IMG/VR virus record: IMGVR_UViG_3300050119_000088
Location: 32,001-96,000 of that record
Source: a virus
Lineage: Duplodnaviria; Caudoviricetes
Reading direction: 5' to 3' (one strand)
Length of the DNA: 64,000 bases
The translations under genes and the position numbers were made by a program. Shown here piece by piece: positions 46,683 to 56,635 of the stretch. Each line of letters begins with the position of its first letter. The first letter of the stretch is position 1. The notes beneath the pieces were generated by a model. It was not told the DNA's origin, searched no databases, and worked only from the letters and a program-made list of their open reading frames with translations.

Positions 46683-49600
46683 CTATGTAAGCCGAAGTGT
46701 TCCGCGTTGTATTTCACGTCGAAGTTCAAAACCGATTTGGCGAGCAGTCTCTTTAGAACTTTGAGATCCACTCACATTAACAGTAATGTCTCCAACAGTA
46801 GTTGTACTTCCACCAGCAGATCGGTATGCCGGATTCTTGTTCATGGCAATCAGTTGTGGAAGGAAGCTTGCTGTAGCTTCTTTCGTCATAACGAATTCGC
46901 CAGGAGTTGCCATGATTGGAACCGTATCAGAACCACGGCTCATCTTACCTTGCATAAAGTCAAGAATACTTCCACCGCCAGCAAAATAGCCTACCTTGCC
47001 GCCGGTTGCTTTTGGTGTAGCAATAACATCATTGATGCTTGCACCAGCATTGAGTTGATCAATTTGTGCCTGAGAAAATGCACCACGGGCAGCGGGTGCT
47101 GGTGCTAATCCGGCTCCAGCACCTGCAAGACCGCTTTTGAAATCATTTACTTGAGCGTTTGCAAGTGTAAGTTGTTCTTTTAACTGTCCAAGCACCTTGG
47201 TTGAATCTGCACCAAAAACTGCAATTGCTGAAGTAGCATTGTTCCATGCAGTTTTCATAAGATCAATTTTACCTTGGTACTCTTCAACCAATTTCTGTTG
47301 TGCTTTAACTACTTCATTTTGTTCTTCTTCTTTTGCTTTGAGTTCTTGTGTCTTGACAAGTTGTTCAGAAACTGTTCGGAGGAAATCTTCGAGAGATGTT
47401 CCTTTGGCTGGATCGAAGACTGAAGAAAATATACTTGCACCGCCAAATAAGCCACGTTGTCTGTCGATTCCCTCAAGCAGTTCTCGAACTTTTGCAAGGG
47501 AAGTTTGGGCAGCTTCAATATTTTTCGGATTCAGATTTTCAAGTTGTGCTTGTAGCCCTTGGAACTCTGCACGAACTTTTGCAACCTGAGTATCATTAGC
47601 TGAAGAACCACCTGAACCAAAGGTTCTTGCAAGGAAGCCTGAGCCTGCGTTATTTGTTAGTCCTTCAAGGATTGTTTTGACATCTGCTTTTGCAGAATCT
47701 TTAGAGGCATCGAGTTGTGCTCGTAAGCTAACTAAATTTTTCTTAGTTTCATCGATACCTTTATTAAGTCTAAGAATTGCCTTTTCATATTCGGCTAGGT
47801 TTGCTGTGAATCCTTGTGTGACAAGTTGTGCTTCGTTGGTTGTTGCTTGTGTACTTCTTTGAGCATCGAAGCCTTTACGCAAATCTGCAAGGGCACCTTT
47901 GAAATCCTTCAAGATGGCAAGTTTGCCACTGAATGATTCTGTTGTACCAATAAGCTTCAGAGCTTCTTGCTGCAAGGCTTCAAGATCGGCCGTCGCCTTT
48001 TCAGGATCATCAATGTAAGCTTTCTTGATGTTTCCTTGCTTATCAAAAGCAGAGAAACTTGCAATCTTTTTGAAGATATCTTCAAGCTTACCAAGATCCG
48101 CACGCTTCTGCTGCTCTTGTTGTCGAGCAAGTTCTGCTTTTTGTTGTTCTTGCTTTATGATCTGCTGATTAACAGCAGCATATTCTTTTTGAACATCATT
48201 GATGGCATGTTGAATACCAAGAAACGCTGGTGCCTGGTAATCACGGTCATCTCGGACGTTGTGTTTGGTGACTGTCTTGGTAGATAGATTCTCAAGAATC
48301 TTTTCAATATCTTGATATTTCTTTTTGACAGTATCAAGATCGCCGGCTTGTGCAGCCAATGAAGCTTCAGACTTGAGTTCAGCAATATGCTTCTTGGCAA
48401 GATACTCTAATTCGACATTTTGCTCATTGCCTTTGTAGAAATGCCCACCTGCAACATTAGGATTGTATCCTGTTGCAATTTGAGCTTCGGCTCGAGAATA
48501 GTTGAATTTTTCAAGTTTCTCATTGTTCGCTGCAATCTCTTTTTGACCCTTAGCAATAGCAGATTGTAGCTTTGTCTGATCACTATTCAATGCGGTAATT
48601 TCATCACGCAATGCGTGTGTGAAAAGATCCATTGAATTTCTGACAGATTCTCCAGCCGCTTTGGATGCTTCTTTCTGGCTATCGAGAATTTCAGTGGATG
48701 CAGCACGAGCGGCAACTACGAGTTGTTCGTACTGTTGCTTGGCAGCATCAATACCTTCTTTCAAAGTATCTGTCTGCTTGGCAACTTGAAGTGAATAAAG
48801 TCTCGAACTTTCAGCTGTATCTTTAGCTGCATCATCTCTTGCCTTTTCCGCAAAGGCAGACATTGCAGCATCGGCTTGAATAGCTTGAATCTTAATGAAA
48901 GCAAATGCCGCAGCAACGGCTGCAAGAACAATAGTAACAGGACCGAATGCAAAAGCTGTAGCTGCTCCAGCACTAGCGATTGCGGGTGTTGCAGCAGATG
49001 CGGCAGCACCAATTCCAAGAAATGCTTGAGCTGCAGCAATAATACCCTCAATAGCAACAGCACCCTTGACAATTCCACCAAAGGCAATAATTGGACCACC
49101 GACTTGAACAGCAATATTGTATACAGTCTTGATTGTCTGAGCAAGACCACCAAAATAATCAGTGGCCTTTAGAATATTCTTTAATATAGAAGTTTCCCAT
49201 GTCACGAGGAAGAAGTTTTTGATCTCTTGCATTTGTTGCAAGAATTTTTGTCCTGGATTAATATCAAATATTTTCTTTGCACCTTCGAAAGTACCTTGAG
49301 CATCTTTGATTTGCTCTAAGTCACTTGCAAAGTCTTTGCCCTCATTTGCTAATACACCCAAGATACCCTTTGCACCTCGCAATTCATCAAACAGCTTGGA
49401 AATAGCTGCTGCTGATCCGCCTGTCTCTTCTTGTAATTTCTTAAATACACCGGCAAGACTATAAACTGCAATAGCTTCTTCACCACTAGTAACGCCAATC
49501 TTCTTGAAGAAGTCAGCAAGTTCAGCCGAAGGCTTGGCAAGCTTGTTAAAGACCTGACCAACTTCAGTCATGGCAACATCGACAGAGATACCTTGTCTCG

Positions 49601-51761
49601 TCAATACTGACATGAATGCTGTGAGTTCTTCAACTGTAACGCCTAATGATTTTGCAAGCGGACCAACACGACCAATACTACTTGACAACTCGTTCATAGT
49701 AATCTTACCAAGGTCAATACCCTTGAATAAGATTCCTGAAATCTTTTCAGTATCGGAAATATCTTTGCCGAAAGAATTCATGACGCCGGACACTGCGTCA
49801 ATAGAATTCTTGAACGAAGAACCTGTGACTTGTGCAAGCCGGCCAACACTCAAACCGAATCGATCAAAATCAGCAGAAGTTTCAATAACTTGATTGGAAA
49901 GAGCATCATATGCTCCTTTGGCAACGTCAGCACTCTCCAGACCCAGAGAGTCACTAACACGAATTACACTACTTGCCCATTGATCAAAACTAACGCCAGA
50001 CTCTTGGCTTAGTGTTTGAATCAAAGCAATTGATCTTGAGAATTTGGCAGCTTCTTCTACAGTGTCTTTAAACGAATTCTTGAGTTGTTCAATTTGACGT
50101 AAAAGATAAACAACACCTGTAATAGTACCGAGGCTATTAAGCGAGCTGGAAATACTTACACCAGCTTCTTTTCCACTTTTGCCAGTATCATCAAATGCTG
50201 TTTTGAGTTTGTTGAGTTGGGTGGTAGCTTTTTCAACTTCTGGATTTGGTGGATATTTTGGAAAAGGATTCGGCTGCCTCCCCATTTCAGCTAAGGCTTG
50301 CGTGAAACCGAGAACCGACAATTTACCATTGACAATTCGTTGAATTAAAACATTCATCTGTTGATTGAATGAATTAATCTGAGACGCAGAGGCTCCTGCA
50401 AGTTGTGTACTGAATTGTGCTTGCACAGCAGCTTGTGCAGCAACGGCATCTTTGTATCGTTGTGCTGATAATGTTGTTTTGGCAAGTTCGTCTTGCTGCT
50501 TTTTCAAAGCAGTTGCAGCAGCCGTAGCAGATCGATCAAACGACGCACCAAGAGCATCAAGTTTGACTCTTGCTGCTTCAATACTTGGAGGAAGAACAAT
50601 ATTGGTAAATGGATTCTTGTTCTTTCCGATTGCGAGAATCGCTTGATTCAAATCGAATAATGTAAGCTTACCTCGCTGAACATCCTGCAATAGTGAATTA
50701 AGTTTGGTATTGAATTTCTCAATATCTGCTGTAGATGACGAAGATAATGGTGTAGCGAATTTTGCTTGAATAGCTGCTTGAGCTGCAACAGCATCACGAT
50801 AGCGTTGTTGTTTTGCTGTCGTTGCATCAAGAGCATCTTGTAGTTTTTTCTGAGCTGCAACAGCAATATCGTTGGCTTGTGCTTGTGTCTTGCCTGTAGC
50901 TAAAGCGGCTTGTTGTATATTGAAAAGTTGTTGCCGAAGTTTCTCTTGGCTTGCGGTAAGGTTCTTGTTCGAGAAATCACCTGCATTCAATGCTTTCATT
51001 GCAGCATTGAAATCAACAACTTTGACCTTACCTTCTTGGAAGCTACGGACAACAACATTGATGGCTCGGCGAACAGGTTCGAGTTCCCTTTCTGTAGATT
51101 TGCCGTCAACAGGAAATAAAGTTTTCGTTTTCTCACCAACAGCAATACCTCGAATTGCAGCAGAAGCGGCTCGTGCGGCTTCCTTTGCTGATAATCCCAG
51201 ATTGGCATAAGCAGTAATAATGGCTTTTACTGCACGAACACCTTCTTGCTCTTGTACCTTGTATTGAGCATTGATGTCTGTGGTAAGTCGCTTATTAATA
51301 TCATTGATCTGTGCAGCAGAATATTTTTGATTCGCAACTAGTTTCGCAGCGTTAGTAATAGCTGTTTGTAGAGCAGCCTTCTCATCATCTGAACCACGTT
51401 TGCCACTTAAAGGATTCGCAGATGTAAGTTGACCTTTAACTGTATTCGCTGAAGCAAGAGCCTGAGCTTTGGCATAGGCATTCATCTCACGAACGGATTT
51501 TCCAATCTCCGACGTGGTAGCCTGAAAGCCTTTTCCTACCTTATCCAAAGAGATATTTACAGTGTTGCCTGCATCTGTAACGGCAACAAACGAAGCCGTT
51601 ACTAGCTTATTGGCTCCATTTATTTCGCCACTAACATCTATAACTTTCTTATAGATTGTATTGAGACGAAGAAACGAAGCTATAAGCTTATCAAGTTCGC
51701 TGATACCTTTTGAAGCATCAACAACAAGCTTGCTTGAACTGCCACCAGCAGGAGGAGGCAT
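46683..51761 (-). CDS. tail tape measure protein
   Basis: 1692 aa, Ala/Gln/Lys-rich helical; central TP901-type TMP core; C-terminal GSDTVPIMATPGEFVM. Confidence 0.9.
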   Translation of the reverse strand: MPPPAGGSSSKLVVDASKGISELDKLIASFLRLNTIYKKVIDVSGEINGANKLVTASFVAVTDAGNTVNISLDKVGKGFQATTSEIGKSVREMNAYAKAQALASANTVKGQLTSANPLSGKRGSDDEKAALQTAITNAAKLVANQKYSAAQINDINKRLTTDINAQYKVQEQEGVRAVKAIITAYANLGLSAKEAARAASAAIRGIAVGEKTKTLFPVDGKSTERELEPVRRAINVVVRSFQEGKVKVVDFNAAMKALNAGDFSNKNLTASQEKLRQQLFNIQQAALATGKTQAQANDIAVAAQKKLQDALDATTAKQQRYRDAVAAQAAIQAKFATPLSSSSTADIEKFNTKLNSLLQDVQRGKLTLFDLNQAILAIGKNKNPFTNIVLPPSIEAARVKLDALGASFDRSATAAATALKKQQDELAKTTLSAQRYKDAVAAQAAVQAQFSTQLAGASASQINSFNQQMNVLIQRIVNGKLSVLGFTQALAEMGRQPNPFPKYPPNPEVEKATTQLNKLKTAFDDTGKSGKEAGVSISSSLNSLGTITGVVYLLRQIEQLKNSFKDTVEEAAKFSRSIALIQTLSQESGVSFDQWASSVIRVSDSLGLESADVAKGAYDALSNQVIETSADFDRFGLSVGRLAQVTGSSFKNSIDAVSGVMNSFGKDISDTEKISGILFKGIDLGKITMNELSSSIGRVGPLAKSLGVTVEELTAFMSVLTRQGISVDVAMTEVGQVFNKLAKPSAELADFFKKIGVTSGEEAIAVYSLAGVFKKLQEETGGSAAAISKLFDELRGAKGILGVLANEGKDFASDLEQIKDAQGTFEGAKKIFDINPGQKFLQQMQEIKNFFLVTWETSILKNILKATDYFGGLAQTIKTVYNIAVQVGGPIIAFGGIVKGAVAIEGIIAAAQAFLGIGAAASAATPAIASAGAATAFAFGPVTIVLAAVAAAFAFIKIQAIQADAAMSAFAEKARDDAAKDTAESSRLYSLQVAKQTDTLKEGIDAAKQQYEQLVVAARAASTEILDSQKEASKAAGESVRNSMDLFTHALRDEITALNSDQTKLQSAIAKGQKEIAANNEKLEKFNYSRAEAQIATGYNPNVAGGHFYKGNEQNVELEYLAKKHIAELKSEASLAAQAGDLDTVKKKYQDIEKILENLSTKTVTKHNVRDDRDYQAPAFLGIQHAINDVQKEYAAVNQQIIKQEQQKAELARQQEQQKRADLGKLEDIFKKIASFSAFDKQGNIKKAYIDDPEKATADLEALQQEALKLIGTTESFSGKLAILKDFKGALADLRKGFDAQRSTQATTNEAQLVTQGFTANLAEYEKAILRLNKGIDETKKNLVSLRAQLDASKDSAKADVKTILEGLTNNAGSGFLARTFGSGGSSANDTQVAKVRAEFQGLQAQLENLNPKNIEAAQTSLAKVRELLEGIDRQRGLFGGASIFSSVFDPAKGTSLEDFLRTVSEQLVKTQELKAKEEEQNEVVKAQQKLVEEYQGKIDLMKTAWNNATSAIAVFGADSTKVLGQLKEQLTLANAQVNDFKSGLAGAGAGLAPAPAARGAFSQAQIDQLNAGASINDVIATPKATGGKVGYFAGGGSILDFMQGKMSRGSDTVPIMATPGEFVMTKEATASFLPQLIAMNKNPAYRSAGGSTTTVGDITVNVSGSQSSKETARQIGFELRREIQRGTLRLT

Positions 51762-51770
51762 AATGTTCCT

Positions 51771-52271
51771 TTAGAAGACAGAAGCAGTAACCACAATAAA
51801 GTCAGCTATGTTTGGCATTCTTTGTGGCAATACGTCTTCAATATATTTTTCAAAAGCAGCTTGACCTGCATCCATTGCGTGCCAAGGCGAGTCATGTGTT
51901 AAATGAAAGCCATAAGCATTTGCATTATTTTGATCATTGAATTTGAAGTATGCAAGGAAATTCGTAAACTCGAAAGTATACGTATTTCCTGCATCATCAA
52001 AATCAAAGCCACCTAAAGCATCACCGAATCCGGGACCTTTGTTTTCTCGTTCCACAACAGGGCTGATTGGAACAGCAACCCGAAGATATCTTCCGAGTGG
52101 TTGGAGAGTGCCTATAGCTGTGCCTGTCCATACAGGAACTTTTGGTATCACAGCTTTAAGCCACTCTCGAGCGGCATTTCGCATCTGAACTTTCAAAGCC
52201 TCATCTCGTGTCTTGAGATATCCTGGCTTATCAAAGTCCAAAAACTGAAGTGTGCCGAACATCGTATACAT
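51771..52271 (-). CDS. tail component (HK97 gp10-like)
   Basis: KVPVWTG motif, position. Confidence 0.5.
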   Translation of the reverse strand: MYTMFGTLQFLDFDKPGYLKTRDEALKVQMRNAAREWLKAVIPKVPVWTGTAIGTLQPLGRYLRVAVPISPVVERENKGPGFGDALGGFDFDDAGNTYTFEFTNFLAYFKFNDQNNANAYGFHLTHDSPWHAMDAGQAAFEKYIEDVLPQRMPNIADFIVVTASVF

Positions 52272-52402
52272 GATACCTCAATGCGGCATGCTTGCCGCAA
52301 GCATTTCAGCCTCTTCGATTTCTCGAATCTGGTTGAATGCAATCATTTTGGCTTGAGTCCAGAAATCTATTTCGGACCAGTGGGTTCGGACACCATCTGG
52401 CT

Positions 52403-52939
52403 TTACTCCGAATCTTTCGCAAGCTCGCCAGATGGCGTAATCTGGAGTTCGTCCGCTGGGGAGGACGATTGATCTTGTGGTTCCTGCTGCGAAAGTAAAA
52501 AAGCGTCACGAGCTTCTTCCAATTTCGCTTCGTTCAAGCAGTTGGCTGTCATGACTCCGTTCACAATGCGACGCTGCTCAACGTCACTGAATCCAGCTTC
52601 AGTCAGCTCTTTTTCAAAGTTGGTCCATGTACTTGGATCAGACAGCTTGATGGTATCGAATTCGAGACCTTCGGTTGCTGAAAGTGATTTGATGAACATC
52701 CATCGGCTTCGATTGGATGCCCATTCATCCATTGCGGCTTTGTAGCCTGGATCTTCAACATCGATAATCTTCTTGCCACCCTTCATAAGTTTGACTGGTG
52801 GCTTCGGTGTAGGACAAAGCTTGTCAAAATCATCGTAGGACAAGACAGCTTCGGCCTTGAGAACGATCATTTTATCCCCTCGGGGAATATAGATCGTTTC
52901 AATATTCGGACCTTGGATAGTTTCGCCGTTGATCTTCAA
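52403..52939 (-). CDS. tail assembly chaperone (gpG); -1 frameshift gives a gpGT form ending at 52278
   Basis: Between tail tube and TMP; T-TTT-TTA slippery site at 52496-52502. Confidence 0.8.
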   Translation of the reverse strand: MKINGETIQGPNIETIYIPRGDKMIVLKAEAVLSYDDFDKLCPTPKPPVKLMKGGKKIIDVEDPGYKAAMDEWASNRSRWMFIKSLSATEGLEFDTIKLSDPSTWTNFEKELTEAGFSDVEQRRIVNGVMTANCLNEAKLEEARDAFLLSQQEPQDQSSSPADELQITPSGELAKDSE

Positions 52940-53424
52940 TGTCAGTCCTTCTAAAAGGAGCCTCGGAATATGAAATCACTCTCGTGCTGTCACAAGGTTG
53001 CACTTGCTTGGACAATCGATGGCGAAGGTTGTATTGACTTACAACCAAACGTAAAGTGTATTGCAACCTGTACGTGTCAATTGCGTGTTGTTGTCTCTAA
53101 TACAAATATTGAATTTCTTAAACGATTACAATATACAACAGGTCTCGGAAGTATTGAACCTGATGGTTCCAAGAAAACTGGACAGAAGCAATCATACTTG
53201 TGGCGACTTAATTATCCAGAGATGAAAGAATTTCTAGAAGCAATTCAACCATATCTGGAAAATAAATGGCATCAATGCTATATTCTTCTTGAATGGCTTA
53301 ATAGAGGATGGGAAACTCCATTGTCTGAAGCTGATCTTCAATTTAGAAGAACAAGCCTCAGTGCAATCCGAGAATATAATCAAAAAGGAACCATTGATTG
53401 AATAGTTTCGCCGTTGATCTTCAA
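52917..53424. repeat. 23-bp direct repeat atagtttcgccgttgatcttcaa (52917-52939 and 53402-53424) flanking a LAGLIDADG gene
   Basis: Identical copies read directly. Confidence 0.9.
52970..53401 (+). CDS. single-motif LAGLIDADG homing endonuclease, antisense to the tail operon
   Basis: LAWTIDGEGCI, VVVSNT, IQPYLENKWHQ; AGGAG RBS. Confidence 0.88.
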   Translation: MKSLSCCHKVALAWTIDGEGCIDLQPNVKCIATCTCQLRVVVSNTNIEFLKRLQYTTGLGSIEPDGSKKTGQKQSYLWRLNYPEMKEFLEAIQPYLENKWHQCYILLEWLNRGWETPLSEADLQFRRTSLSAIREYNQKGTID

Positions 53425-53455
53425 GATCATTCTCCTACTGCAAGGATATTTGGTA

Positions 53456-53938
53456 CTATTGTGCAACACGAGCGACAAGAGCTTGTGTAGAGTTGCACGT
53501 ACCTTTACAATCCACAGTACCATCTTTCGCATTGTGTGCGAGTTCGTCATAATGGAACTGTGGAAATACGATGACTTCTTCTTCTATTGTGATGCACGGT
53601 GGAATAAATACGAGTTCGATATTGACGCAGTATGGAGCATAAGTATCGGTTGAAGCAGATACCCAGCCTGCGGCGTTGTTACGGCGTTTGAGAGCGTCTT
53701 CAACAGTTATGATGCCAGGAAGAGCAGCCGTGATGAATTCCCAAATGAATGCAAAGTTAACATCCATTTGAACATCTTCACCTTGCCTGACAGTCGATAA
53801 CGTGCCACGATCTTTGACAAAGAGAATAGTACGCTTTTCAGTGTACTGTAAATTCCCTTCACCAATCTTCACAGTGATGTAGTTACTGCCACCATCACGG
53901 ATTGTGATGGTGGCATTCTTCAAATTGAAGTATGGCAA
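53456..53938 (-). CDS. tail tube protein paralogue
   Basis: Collinear with 53940-54656 (KIGEG.LQYTEK, F.WEFI, PYC..I). Confidence 0.7.
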   Translation of the reverse strand: MPYFNLKNATITIRDGGSNYITVKIGEGNLQYTEKRTILFVKDRGTLSTVRQGEDVQMDVNFAFIWEFITAALPGIITVEDALKRRNNAAGWVSASTDTYAPYCVNIELVFIPPCITIEEEVIVFPQFHYDELAHNAKDGTVDCKGTCNSTQALVARVAQ

Positions 53939-53939
53939 A

Positions 53940-54656
53940 TCAACCTCGCGTGATGACCGCTTCGTTGATGTTGCACTGACCTTTGCAAGCGATCTTCGCG
54001 TCCTTGGAGTTGTGGTCGAGCGAGTCGTACCGGAACTGCTCGAAAGCGAACGTCTCGTTCGGAATCGCCGGACATGGCGGGTTGTAGATCAGGATGATGT
54101 CGATGCAGTACGGCTGACACGGATCGGGCGAGGAACTGAGCCAGTTGGCCGCATTGCCGATGTTCTTGAGGCACTCTTCGGGCAGCGGCGGACTGTCCAC
54201 GAGGGAACTGATGAATTCCCACGTAAAATCGAACGTGAGATCCATCGTCTCGTCATCATCGGTGATGACACCATCCAGGACGCCTTGGTTCCGAATGTAT
54301 TTGTACTTCTTCTTCTCGGTGTACTGGAGCGTACCTTCGCCGATCTTCACACGAATGAAGTTCGGTCCGATTGTGGCGACAGCGGTTCCGCCCGGAATGC
54401 CCAGAGCCGTAGAGAGCGGCGGTGTGAAAGTGATTGCCGTGGGTGTCGAACCGCCAGTAACGGCGGTAACAGTGTACGTGCCGGTTGATCCCACGAAGCT
54501 GACTGTCGAACCGATTGGGATAGCGGCACTGAAACCGTTGACTGTGACGTGCGTATCACCATTAGCGGGAGCGGCTCCCGATTGGTTGATCGCACCAACA
54601 ACCCGCGTGCCATCACGCATTTGAACGATCGCATACCTCAAATCAAACTGCGGCAT
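53940..54656 (-). CDS. major tail tube protein with inserted beta domain
   Basis: Position before the chaperone; strongly biased codons suggest high expression. Confidence 0.72.
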   Translation of the reverse strand: MPQFDLRYAIVQMRDGTRVVGAINQSGAAPANGDTHVTVNGFSAAIPIGSTVSFVGSTGTYTVTAVTGGSTPTAITFTPPLSTALGIPGGTAVATIGPNFIRVKIGEGTLQYTEKKKYKYIRNQGVLDGVITDDDETMDLTFDFTWEFISSLVDSPPLPEECLKNIGNAANWLSSSPDPCQPYCIDIILIYNPPCPAIPNETFAFEQFRYDSLDHNSKDAKIACKGQCNINEAVITRG

Positions 54657-54666
54657 CTTGTTTCCC

Positions 54667-55137
54667 TTAGATTTGAAGGGTCATTCGATATTTCGATTCG
54701 ACCGTTGATTGCATCATCTGACTGTCGGGTGATATTTTGCCGAAGTTTGAAATTTCTATTAGATCCCTGGCTGTTGTATATGGTGTCATACATTCCAGAT
54801 ATACTGGATTGCTAAGATCACCATCGCCAAGCTGATAAATAGGAATTTGTGTAAACAATCCGGCTACTTGCCCGGTTAGACGTTGTTGTAAATATAGATC
54901 ATTGTCATTAATATAAGTGACGATCAGAATATTGACCTCACTTGTGAGTTCCCAATAACCTTCCGTATACTCTCGCATATACGGACCATCCATGCGAAAT
55001 TCTAAATAAGACTGCAACGCTGATGTATTTCGATCTTGCCCTTCAATAAATAAAGGTGTCGGTGCTAATGCAGTTGTGAAGTACGTTGCTGTGCTGGCAA
55101 GTATCCAGCGTGCCCAATCTGGATTTGGTGCACTCAA
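54667..55137 (-). CDS. tail terminator-like protein
   Basis: Size and position. Confidence 0.5.
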   Translation of the reverse strand: MSAPNPDWARWILASTATYFTTALAPTPLFIEGQDRNTSALQSYLEFRMDGPYMREYTEGYWELTSEVNILIVTYINDNDLYLQQRLTGQVAGLFTQIPIYQLGDGDLSNPVYLECMTPYTTARDLIEISNFGKISPDSQMMQSTVESKYRMTLQI

Positions 55138-55694
55138 GTTTCACCTCCTGCAACATCAATGAAATCTAAAGTTTCAGAGATACCTTGTGTATGGGCAGTT
55201 GTGGCCACGTTTGTATCTCGGAAAACAAGAAGATCGTTGATTGCAAGAGTCTGAACCTCACCAGGAGGGGCTCCAGCGGTTTCTTTGATGACCAGCCAAT
55301 AGACAAGATCCATTTCGAAGCTATCGATTTCCTTTACCTGATACCTTTGATGGTTGATAACAATATAATCAGTTAACATCAAAGTAGTAAACTCGCCACT
55401 TAGATCCTTACGGTCAATAACAAGATCCCGGAGGGTTTGATCATAATAACCTCCGTAAGTAAAATCTTTGTTATTGACCAAATAGGCGAGTCGGTATTGG
55501 AAATCAGTAGTAGACCTTCCAGGCAGTAAGACTGCTCTTAATAAGCTGAGTTTGCTCTTGGTAACAGTCTTCTTGCCTGTGACGAGATCGTACCCCTCGG
55601 AATCTTGGCGATAGATATCTATCGGTTGACCATAGCTCCTTTTGAGGCGGTACACTGCCCCTCTTTGGAACCTAAGGCGATTGCGAGGGGTCAT
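55134..55694 (-). CDS. head closure/head-tail joining protein
   Basis: YDLVTGK...DYIVINHQRYQV pattern and position. Confidence 0.5.
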   Translation of the reverse strand: MTPRNRLRFQRGAVYRLKRSYGQPIDIYRQDSEGYDLVTGKKTVTKSKLSLLRAVLLPGRSTTDFQYRLAYLVNNKDFTYGGYYDQTLRDLVIDRKDLSGEFTTLMLTDYIVINHQRYQVKEIDSFEMDLVYWLVIKETAGAPPGEVQTLAINDLLVFRDTNVATTAHTQGISETLDFIDVAGGET

Positions 55695-55697
55695 CCG

Positions 55698-56054
55698 TTA
55701 GGACCTCGGGTTGTGGCTAGAAATCTCCGCTCTCAGGGTCTTAAATTCCGTTGTCATATCCTTTGACACACTAAGATGTTCATCCATGACTTTGCGGAAT
55801 TGTTCCTGAAAATACTTCTGTTGTTCACTTGATTGTGTAATCATGGCATTGACTTGGGCCGTATGAGCAAGACGCATTTCTGTGAAGATTGCGTTGCTCT
55901 GAACCTGCAATGCCTTGATGACTTCATCTCGCTTTCCCAATTCCTTGAGAAAGATAATGATTGAGGCAAACAGCACCACAACGCTGCCGCCCGCAGAAAC
56001 CATTTTGAGAATCTCAGTCTCCATTATGCGAGCCTCCGTTTCTGGAGAGTACAT
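55698..56054 (-). CDS. single-TM coiled-coil protein (possible lysis accessory)
   Basis: One TM segment followed by a coiled coil. Confidence 0.45.
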   Translation of the reverse strand: MYSPETEARIMETEILKMVSAGGSVVVLFASIIIFLKELGKRDEVIKALQVQSNAIFTEMRLAHTAQVNAMITQSSEQQKYFQEQFRKVMDEHLSVSKDMTTEFKTLRAEISSHNPRS

Positions 56055-56559
56055 CTCGCATTTCGGCGACTGTCTCTTTTGCTGTTGGCGATCCGACTTG
56101 ATGCAATCTATCTAGAACATTCTCAACTTGAAACAGCTTTGAACGCATGGCTGCATTCTCAATCTTCAATCTCGTCTCGGAATCTTGAGCAACTGTCTTG
56201 GCAGATTTTTCGTGATGAAGATCAGTGATCAATGTTTCACGAGAAGTCATGTCCAAGATTCGAAGAATCAGTTGTGGAAGATGCAAGAACAAGATCAATA
56301 ACATGAATGCAGTGAGCATATCAACGGCTGTGCAGAATCGAGGATATTCGTACCACTTCTGAAAGAACACGATTGTAATCTTCTTCACTCCGAGGAGTGT
56401 GATTGTACCAATCAGTAGTCTCAGAACCGGGTCAGAAACACCACGTTCTTTCTTGTGGAGAAAATAGATCAGCATCGCCGGAATCAGGACCAATAGCAGC
56501 CCTGAGAGCATGTTGGAGATATGAAATCCCAACATCCAAAATGTATCAGTCACCCGCAA
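56014..56559 (-). CDS. 3-TM membrane protein resembling a histidine-kinase sensor domain
   Basis: Three TM segments then a coiled coil; no kinase domain. Confidence 0.5.
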   Translation of the reverse strand: MRVTDTFWMLGFHISNMLSGLLLVLIPAMLIYFLHKKERGVSDPVLRLLIGTITLLGVKKITIVFFQKWYEYPRFCTAVDMLTAFMLLILFLHLPQLILRILDMTSRETLITDLHHEKSAKTVAQDSETRLKIENAAMRSKLFQVENVLDRLHQVGSPTAKETVAEMRDVLSRNGGSHNGD

Positions 56560-56635
56560 CTCCGATTACCGGGAGCCAATTCTCCCGGCCCACACCATTG
56601 TGAATGTTTGGAACGACATTGTTCCAAACTCGGAA

